Of a DNA stretch of 64,000 bases, positions 57,119 to 64,000 are shown piece by piece; positions within the stretch are counted from its first letter, which is position 1; each line of letters opens with the position of its first letter. The position numbers and the translations under genes are program-made. The stretch is from an uncultured Salinisphaerales bacterium. Lineage in GTDB: Bacteria > Pseudomonadota > Gammaproteobacteria > Nevskiales > CAJXLF01. The stretch lies in contig CAJXLF010000012.1 in NCBI GenBank assembly GCA_913055805.1, positions 35,034-99,033 of the forward strand, given 5' to 3'. A model generated the notes under the pieces. That model was not told the origin of the DNA and did no database searches. It saw nothing but the letters and a program-made list of their open reading frames with translations.

Positions 57119-58717
57119 ATGCCGGCCAACAGCTTTGACTACGTGGTGATTGGAGCAGGCTCTTCGGGCTGTGTGGCTGCCGCACGCCTGGCCGAAGCCG
57201 GTTCCGTGCTGCTGCTGGAAGCGGGCGAGCCTGCCGCGAACCACCCGGAAACGCTCTCTGCCGACGGCTTCAAGGATGCCTTCGCCAACGACGCGTTGAT
57301 GTGGCAACGCATGAGCATCCCACAGGCGGATTGCGGCAAACGCCGCCTTTACCTGGGCAGCGGCCGCGGCATGGGCGGCAGCGGCGCCGTCAATGGCATG
57401 GTCTATACCCGCGGCGACCGCAGGGACTTCCGTCACTGGCCCGCTGGCTGGCAATGGGACGACTTGCAGCCCGCTTTCGAATCCGTCGAGCGGCAACTCG
57501 GCATCCGGCACCGCGAAAGCACCCCGTTTGCGGAACGTTTTATCCAGGCCGCCACCCAGGCCGGCTTGGATCGCAAGGACGGCATGAACGACGGCAACCT
57601 GCTGGGCGTGGTGGGCTGCAATGACATGAACTATTCGGGTGATGCCCGGCGCAGTTCCTATGCCGCCTGGCTGCATGACCAACAACCTGAAAACCTGACG
57701 ATCATTACCGGCGCGCAGGTACGCCGCCTGGTATTTGACGATGCCCGCAACGCCAGCGCCGTCATTTACAGAAAGGACGGACAGATACACCGTGCCGATA
57801 TTGGCCACGAAGTCCTGCTTTGTGCCGGCGCGCTGGAAACGCCCAAACTGCTGATGCTGTCCGGCATCGGGCCACAGGCGCACCTGCAGTCTCTGGGTAT
57901 CAATGTGGTGCTGGACGCGCCCGGCGTCGGCCAGCATCTGCAGGATCACCCCAACGTCTGCATGTTCTACCGTGCGGCGCAGCCAGTGGATTTCCGTTAC
58001 CCGCAGGTCTATGGCTTTGACGCCGCGGCGCGCCAACCCGGCGAACCGGCAGACGCGCCAGACACCTGCTTTGTCTGCTACGCAGCGCCGGCATCGATCA
58101 AGCACTCCATGCTGCGCATGCTGCCGATCCTGGCGCTGCCTGGCCGCTTGCATGACCTGCGCCCTTTGCGCCAGGCACTGCGCGGCCTCATTCATCTGGC
58201 CTTTGCCCTGCCACCCCTCAAGCGATTTGTGTCCCGCGTGTTCGGCATCGTCGTCATCCTGGGCAAACCCACGGCCCGCGGCAGCATCCGCCTGGCCTCC
58301 AGCGACCCGTCGGCACCGACTCTGATCGACCCGGCTTATTACGCCACCGAACAGGATCGCCGCACCATGGAAGCCGGCATAGCCAAGGCCCGCCGCATTG
58401 CAGCGCAGCCGCCGCTGGCCGAAGCCAGACCCCTGTCACCGGGCGCAAGAGATGTGAGCGCTAAAAAACTCTGGCAATGGATTCGTGCCGCCACCATGAC
58501 CACCTTCCATTTCTGCGGCTCCTGCCGCATGGGCACAGATGCTGACAGCCCGGTGGACACCCGGCTGCGCGTCAAGGGACTGGGCAATGTACGCGTGGCC
58601 GACGCCTCGGTGATGCCGGAAATCCCGGTCTCCGCCCTGAACGCCCCGAGCATGATGATCGGCTACCGTGCGGCCGACTTCGTGCTGGCCACCCAATCCA
58701 GGAGAGAAGCGGCGTGA
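57119..58717 (+). CDS. GMC-family FAD oxidoreductase
   Basis: IGAGSSG, GGSGAVNGMVYTRG, LMLSGIG, GQHLQDH, FHFCGSCRMG, VADASVMP, LNAP. Confidence 0.9.
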   Translation: MPANSFDYVVIGAGSSGCVAAARLAEAGSVLLLEAGEPAANHPETLSADGFKDAFANDALMWQRMSIPQADCGKRRLYLGSGRGMGGSGAVNGMVYTRGDRRDFRHWPAGWQWDDLQPAFESVERQLGIRHRESTPFAERFIQAATQAGLDRKDGMNDGNLLGVVGCNDMNYSGDARRSSYAAWLHDQQPENLTIITGAQVRRLVFDDARNASAVIYRKDGQIHRADIGHEVLLCAGALETPKLLMLSGIGPQAHLQSLGINVVLDAPGVGQHLQDHPNVCMFYRAAQPVDFRYPQVYGFDAAARQPGEPADAPDTCFVCYAAPASIKHSMLRMLPILALPGRLHDLRPLRQALRGLIHLAFALPPLKRFVSRVFGIVVILGKPTARGSIRLASSDPSAPTLIDPAYYATEQDRRTMEAGIAKARRIAAQPPLAEARPLSPGARDVSAKKLWQWIRAATMTTFHFCGSCRMGTDADSPVDTRLRVKGLGNVRVADASVMPEIPVSALNAPSMMIGYRAADFVLATQSRREAA

Positions 58718-60333
58718 GCTCTGTTCAACCTCTGACCACACCGGCATCAGCCAACGTCATTGAATGCATTAATCCGGCGACCGGGGAAAAGCTGGGCAGC
58801 TTGCCCGCCGCCAGCCCGGCGCAGGTACAGGCGGCGGTGGAGCGCGCCCGCATTGCCCAGCAGAGCTGGGCACGGAGCAGTTTCAGACAACGCCGCGCCG
58901 TATTGCAGCACATGCTGGACCACATGCTCGAACATGCCGACGAACTGGTGGCCGAGATCGTGCAGGACAGCGGCAAGACCCATGAAAACGCGCTGCTCGG
59001 CGAGATCATGCCGGTGTGCAACAAGATCCGCTGGATGATCAAGAATGCCGAGAAGCACCTGAAGCCCGAGAAAGTGCCATCCGGCATCCTCATGCACAAG
59101 AAAGGCCGCATTGAATACCGGCCGCTGGGGGTAGTGGCCTGCATCGTGCCCTGGAATTATCCCTTCCAGAATATCTTCGGCTCTCTCGTCGCCCCGTTGA
59201 TGGCCGGCAATGCGGTCATCCTCAAGACTTCCGAAGCGGTGGCCTGGTCCACACAGCGTTTCCAGAAAGTGATCGACCAGGCGCTGGAAAAAGAAGGCTT
59301 CTCCACCGACACCGTGCAGATTATCAACGGCTTCGGCGACACCGGCGCGGCCCTGGTGCGCAGCCGCGTACAGAAAATCCTCTTTATCGGCTCGGTCGGC
59401 AATGGCCGCCGCATTATCGAAGGCAGCGCCGAACACCTCACCCCGGTGGTGATGGAACTGGGCGGCAAGGACCCGATGATCATCTGCGAGGACGCCAACC
59501 TGGAGCAGGCCCTGCATTCGGCACTGGGCGGCTGCTTCATCAACCTCGGCCAGAACTGCATTGCCTCCGAACGCCTCATCGTGCTGGACGGCATCTACGA
59601 CCGCTTTGTCACCGCCATGCACGAGATGGCCGGCCAACTACGGCAAGGCGTGCCGCAGGAACCCGGCGCTCTGGATACCGGCGCACTGACCAGCCCCTTG
59701 CAGGTCAAGGTGGTGGATGAACTGGTGCGTGACGCCCTGGCCAACGGCGCCCGCGCGCTGGTCGGCGGCCGGTTACCGCAAGGTCCCGGCAACTTCTACC
59801 CACCTACGGTGCTGGTCGATGTCACCCCGGACATGCGCATCGCCAACGAAGAAGTATTTGGCCCGGTGATGCTGATCATGCGGGTGAAAGACGATGCCGA
59901 AGCCGTGCGGCTGGCCAATGCTACCGACTTCGGTCTGCAGTCCTCGGTGTTCAGCAACAATCGCCCGCGGGCGGAACGCATTGCCGCCCAGCTGGAAGCC
60001 GGCGCCACCGTGATCAACGATTTCGGCCTCTGTTACCTGAACCAGAACCTGCCCTTCGGCGGCGTGAAGTATTCGGGTTTCGGGCGCATGAATGGCCGCG
60101 ACGGCCTGCGCGCCTATACCAACGCCAAGGCCGTGCTCACCGACCGTTTTCCGATTTCCATTCCCCCCAAACTGTATCCGGTCAAACCGGGCGACTACGC
60201 CAGGGCTCGCAGCAGCATAAGGCTGATGTTTGCCCGCCGCTGGCGCGACAAGTTCAAGGCGCTAATCAGTCTCCTTGGAAAAAAACCCTCCCCCTTGGGG
60301 GGGGAGGGTAAGGGAGGGGGTGAGGATGAATAG
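58714..60333 (+). CDS. Aldehyde dehydrogenase
   Basis: PWNYP, FIGS, ELGGKDP, GQNC, EEVFGP, PFGGVKYSGFGR. Confidence 0.95.
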   Translation: MSSVQPLTTPASANVIECINPATGEKLGSLPAASPAQVQAAVERARIAQQSWARSSFRQRRAVLQHMLDHMLEHADELVAEIVQDSGKTHENALLGEIMPVCNKIRWMIKNAEKHLKPEKVPSGILMHKKGRIEYRPLGVVACIVPWNYPFQNIFGSLVAPLMAGNAVILKTSEAVAWSTQRFQKVIDQALEKEGFSTDTVQIINGFGDTGAALVRSRVQKILFIGSVGNGRRIIEGSAEHLTPVVMELGGKDPMIICEDANLEQALHSALGGCFINLGQNCIASERLIVLDGIYDRFVTAMHEMAGQLRQGVPQEPGALDTGALTSPLQVKVVDELVRDALANGARALVGGRLPQGPGNFYPPTVLVDVTPDMRIANEEVFGPVMLIMRVKDDAEAVRLANATDFGLQSSVFSNNRPRAERIAAQLEAGATVINDFGLCYLNQNLPFGGVKYSGFGRMNGRDGLRAYTNAKAVLTDRFPISIPPKLYPVKPGDYARARSSIRLMFARRWRDKFKALISLLGKKPSPLGGEGKGGGEDE

Positions 60334-60410
60334 TCTCTTCCCCCTCTCCCCAACCCTCTCCCACCAGGGGAGAGGGAAAAGAAAACCCGCCTTCTCCCGT
60401 CAGGGAGGAG
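60286..60410. repeat. Family A repeats, partly within the ALDH 3' end
   Basis: ccctcccccttggggggggaggg; cccctctccccaaccctctcccaccaggggagaggg. Confidence 0.8.
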
Positions 60411-60438
60411 AGCACTTTCCCGCCTGGAGGCAGGAATC

Positions 60439-61113
60439 ATGAATACGACGTTCTTTATCTGCCTGGCAGCCATCATGCTTTATGACGGCATGTTGATGAC
60501 CTGGCTGTCCTGGGCGGCGACCTCTTCCCGTCTGAAGCAATACCGCATCCGCACGCCCAAGACCTATCAACTGCCGCCGCTGCGCAAACGCCTCAATGTC
60601 ACGTTGAATAACCTGATGTCGCTGGGTCTGTTTCTGGCTTTCCTGTTTTTCTTTGGCGACAGCGCCCTCTACCCGGGCTGGCCGGGCGCGGCGCATCTGC
60701 TGGGTGAATCCCTGGCGGTACTGCTGCTCTATGATTTTCTTTATTACTTCTACCACCGTGGCATGCATCACCGCCTGGTGTTGAAGTATGTACACAGGGT
60801 GCATCACATGGTGCGCTTCCCCACGGCCAACGAAAGCGTCTTTCTGCATCCGCTTGAGGCAGTGGGCGCCATCTTCCTGCTGTGCGGTTCCATCCTGCTG
60901 TTTGGCCCCATCAGCACCTGGTCGTTCCTGGTGGTGTTCTTCGTGTATTCCACGGTGAACATCCTGGTTCACAGCAACCTGGAATTACCGCATCCGGCGT
61001 TCCGGCTACTGAATTTCTGGGCCCGGGCGCATGACGTGCATCACAAGGAACTCAAGTACAACTATTCCTCGATTTTCCCGTTCTGGGATCAGGCCTTCGG
61101 CACTTTCAAATAA
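60439..61113 (+). CDS. Sterol desaturase / fatty-acid hydroxylase superfamily (ERG25/ERG3-type di-iron enzyme)
   Basis: His boxes HRGMH, HRVHH, HSN, HDVHH; HPLE; NYSSIFPFWDQAFGT. Confidence 0.9.
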   Translation: MNTTFFICLAAIMLYDGMLMTWLSWAATSSRLKQYRIRTPKTYQLPPLRKRLNVTLNNLMSLGLFLAFLFFFGDSALYPGWPGAAHLLGESLAVLLLYDFLYYFYHRGMHHRLVLKYVHRVHHMVRFPTANESVFLHPLEAVGAIFLLCGSILLFGPISTWSFLVVFFVYSTVNILVHSNLELPHPAFRLLNFWARAHDVHHKELKYNYSSIFPFWDQAFGTFK

Positions 61114-61127
61114 ACGAGCGAGACAAC

Positions 61128-62138
61128 ATGAGTAGGAAAATTCTCATCACCGGCGGCCAGGGTTTCGTGGGCCGCGCCCTGGTGGACCGGTTCGCCGACC
61201 TCGGCTTTCAGGTCACATGTGTAGACATGATCGACCAGCCGTTCCGCGAGGACGTGAAATTCCTCAAACTGGACATTCGCGATGCCGCCGCCGTGAAAGC
61301 AGCCTGTGCCGGCATGGACAGCATCATTCACAACGCATCACTGGTGCACACCAAGCACAACCGTGAAGAAGATGTCTGGGCCGTCAACCTGGGCGGCACG
61401 GAAAACATTCTGGCTGCCTGCGAAGCGCACAACATTCCCCGGCTGGTTTACATCAGCTCAGCCAGCGCCGTGTATGAAGGTCAGGACATCGAAAACGGCG
61501 ACGAGAACCTGCCCTATTCCAGTATTTCGCAAGCGCCCTATGCCGACAGCAAGATCGCAGCCGAGAAAAAGGCCCTGGCCTTCAGCGGCACCGGCGCCAC
61601 CCGGACCTGCGCCATCCGCCCGCATGTGGTTTTTGGCGCGGGCGACCGGCGCTTCATTCCCGCCATTCTGGAAAAGGCCAAGGCCGGCAAACTCAAGCGT
61701 GCGGTAGGCAACCGCGACAAGCTTTCCGATTTCACCTATATCGACAATCTGGTCGATGCGGTGGTGGCCGTCGAAGCACAGCTGACGCCGGGCTCGGCCG
61801 TTTGCGGCCAGGCCTACTTCATTACCAATGGCGAGCCCATGGCCTTCTTTGATTTCATCGAAAAAATGCTGGTGCAGATGGGTTACCCGCCCATTACCGG
61901 CAAGGTGCCCTACTGGCTGGCCTATTCAGTGGCCGCCATCGCCGAGGCCATCGACACGCTCAAGGGCGGCACCCTCAATGCCGAAGACGGGCTGACCCGC
62001 TTCGCCGTGCGTTACATGGTGACACACCACTACTTCAATATAGACAAGGCCCGCCGTGACTTCGGCTGGCAGCCGAAGATTTCACTGGATGAAGGCATTC
62101 GCCTCACGGCAGAGCAGATCGCGGTTGGAGAAACCTGA
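61128..62138 (+). CDS. NSDHL/ERG26-like 3beta-HSD (sterol-4alpha-carboxylate dehydrogenase/decarboxylase family)
   Basis: TGGQGFVG, SSASAVYEGQDIENGDENLPY, YADSK, IRPHVVFG, DFTYIDN, GQAYFITNGEP, VPYWLAY. Confidence 0.8.
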   Translation: MSRKILITGGQGFVGRALVDRFADLGFQVTCVDMIDQPFREDVKFLKLDIRDAAAVKAACAGMDSIIHNASLVHTKHNREEDVWAVNLGGTENILAACEAHNIPRLVYISSASAVYEGQDIENGDENLPYSSISQAPYADSKIAAEKKALAFSGTGATRTCAIRPHVVFGAGDRRFIPAILEKAKAGKLKRAVGNRDKLSDFTYIDNLVDAVVAVEAQLTPGSAVCGQAYFITNGEPMAFFDFIEKMLVQMGYPPITGKVPYWLAYSVAAIAEAIDTLKGGTLNAEDGLTRFAVRYMVTHHYFNIDKARRDFGWQPKISLDEGIRLTAEQIAVGET

Positions 62139-62194
62139 TCGTTAAAACGATAACCGCAGGGACATAACAAGATTCAGCGGCAAGGGAGGAGAAC

Positions 62195-64000
62195 ATGAGC
62201 ACAATGCGTGCGGGAATGCGGCAAGGCCTGCTGGTGGCCGTGCTGGGCATGGTCAGTCTGCCGTTGATGGCCGAGGAGTACGACTTCTACGGCATTGCCA
62301 CCAAGGTCACACTGACCGGCAACTACGCTGCTGCCTGGCGTCTGGAAAAACCCAGCAACCGCATTATCGATGCGCCGGGTGACCCCGAACTGCCGGTGGC
62401 CGAAGACCTGAAGTATCCGCAGTCCAACAACTTCGACGACGGCGACCGCAACTTCGAACAGTACGACATGGTCAACAACCGCGTATCGCTCATTGGCGAC
62501 ATCGAATTCTCCTGGCGCGACTACGGCATGCTCATCCGCGCTGACAGTTTCTACGACGATGTCTACGCCAACAATGCCGACAACACCCATGACGCGCCCG
62601 ACCGCATCAACACCACGCAACAGCCCTTCAATAGCTTCACCGACGACATTGACAAATACAGCGGCCAGCGAACCCGCCTGCTGGACGCCTACGTCTACGG
62701 CAATTTCTATTTCGGTGACACCATGGCCCTGAACGTACGCCTGGGCCGGCACATCTCCGCCTGGGGCCAGAGCCTGTTCTTCAACGGCGTCGCCCTGTCG
62801 CAGTCCACCGCCGATTCCACCCGCGCCACCATTCCCGGCGTGGACGTGAAGAGTATTCTGTTGCCCACCAACCAGTTGTCGCTGCGTTTCACGCTCACCG
62901 AGGACATCGTGCTGCTGGGCCAGTACCAGTTCGAGTTCGAACCCTTCCTGGTCAACCCGGTGGGCGAGTTTTACTCGGTGACTGACGTGGCCGGCCCCGG
63001 ACGCGAGTTCATCTACGGCTTCGTCAATCCGCTCAACCCTACCGAGCTGGCACGCTTCAACATCACCGACCTGAACGACATCGCCGACATCCTGTTGACC
63101 ATCGACCAGGTATTCGACAACCAGTTGCCCACCGAGCAACTGGAAGCCATCCTGCGCGGCCTGCCGCTGAACCTGCCACCGCTGTCTACACCCACCGAAG
63201 GCATCAATCCGTTGAATTCGCCCTCAGGTGTGAACCCGAGCTATATCGGTGACATCGAGCCCGATGACGACGACAAGCAATGGGGCCTGGGTATCCAGTA
63301 CCGGCTCACCGATGTCACCGAACTGGGCGCCTATTACCTCAAGTACCACCAGAAAACACCGGCGGTACAGACCAATCCGGGCGAACTGGTACTGATTCCG
63401 GAACAGGAACTGCTGCCCGGCGTCAGCCTGCCCGCCATCACCACCGGCACCCTGGGACTGACCGTGCCGGCCACTTACAACATCCGCTACTTCGACAATG
63501 TCGACCTCTATGCCCTCAGCCTGTCCACCCTGCTGTTTGGCTGGAATGTCGGTGCCGAGGTAATCCGGCGCGAAGGCGCGGACGTGATGGTGGATGTGGA
63601 TCAGGGCGTGAATGGGCCCGTACCCACGCCGACCCGCGCCAACACCAACCAGGTGCTCGTTAATGCCATTTACACCTTCCGGCCCTCGCGCTGGCTGGAA
63701 AGCATCATCCTGGTGGGAGAGGTCGGCTGGATCGAGACGAAAGACCAGGAACCGCAGTTCAGTTACGAGGGCGCCCATGCCGGCCAGCCCTTCGACGAAC
63801 TCACCTTCGACGAGGAAGCCTGGGCCTTCTCGATGCTGACTATCCTGGAGAAGCGCAACATCTTCTCCGGCTGGGACCTGAGCGTACCGATTTCCTTCCA
63901 GCGCGCACTAGAAGGCCGCGCAGCTCTGGCCGGCGCCTTCGGTTCGCTGTTCAACGAAGGCGATACACGTATCGGCGTCGGCTTCAATTTCACCCGTCTG
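62195..64000 (+). CDS. DUF1302 outer-membrane protein; 3' end runs off the window
   Basis: Not in the ORF track. RBS gggagg; signal peptide; NFDDGDRNF, LLDAYVY, RLGRH..AWGQSLF, PGVDVKSILLP, QWGL. Confidence 0.85.
   Translation, partial: MSTMRAGMRQGLLVAVLGMVSLPLMAEEYDFYGIATKVTLTGNYAAAWRLEKPSNRIIDAPGDPELPVAEDLKYPQSNNFDDGDRNFEQYDMVNNRVSLIGDIEFSWRDYGMLIRADSFYDDVYANNADNTHDAPDRINTTQQPFNSFTDDIDKYSGQRTRLLDAYVYGNFYFGDTMALNVRLGRHISAWGQSLFFNGVALSQSTADSTRATIPGVDVKSILLPTNQLSLRFTLTEDIVLLGQYQFEFEPFLVNPVGEFYSVTDVAGPGREFIYGFVNPLNPTELARFNITDLNDIADILLTIDQVFDNQLPTEQLEAILRGLPLNLPPLSTPTEGINPLNSPSGVNPSYIGDIEPDDDDKQWGLGIQYRLTDVTELGAYYLKYHQKTPAVQTNPGELVLIPEQELLPGVSLPAITTGTLGLTVPATYNIRYFDNVDLYALSLSTLLFGWNVGAEVIRREGADVMVDVDQGVNGPVPTPTRANTNQVLVNAIYTFRPSRWLESIILVGEVGWIETKDQEPQFSYEGAHAGQPFDELTFDEEAWAFSMLTILEKRNIFSGWDLSVPISFQRALEGRAALAGAFGSLFNEGDTRIGVGFNFTRL

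Noticed and set aside
1-64000. tRNA, rRNA, IS transposase or integrase genes; also kshAB, hsaB and hsaD
   Set aside because: No supporting motifs were seen. The missing steroid genes probably lie outside the window, so their absence is not informative.

Overview
GC-rich proteobacterial chromosome segment, most consistent with an aerobic sterol-degrading gammaproteobacterium (taxonomy is inference). It is dominated by a 9,10-seco steroid catabolic cluster: C/D-ring genes (fadE30/ipdE1-like, echA20, ipdC, ipdAB, thiolase plus DUF35 partner, fadD3), hsaC, hsaA, kstD, a Delta4(5alpha)-dehydrogenase, 3beta-HSD/SDRs, an SRD5A-like reductase and the DUF1329/DUF1302 envelope proteins. Interspersed are a HicAB toxin-antitoxin pair, five predicted lipoproteins (mostly hydrolase-like), a P450, a two-component pair and many REP-like repeats. 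Three things stand out. (1) A TetR-linked operon encodes a GMC oxidoreductase, an aldehyde dehydrogenase, an ERG25-family di-iron hydroxylase and a strongly NSDHL/ERG26-like enzyme, and looks like a catabolic sterol C-4 demethylation module. (2) A 5.4-kb lower-GC island is bounded by a perfect 33-bp duplicated terminator and carries a LexA-like repressor, an in-frame m6A+m4C double methyltransferase and a PLD (HxK) nuclease. (3) REP-like insertions inside operons are repeatedly spanned by unannotated 26-53 aa ORFs whose start and stop codons overlap or abut those of the flanking genes, suggesting translational relay. All product calls come from motif recognition by eye; no database searches were run.
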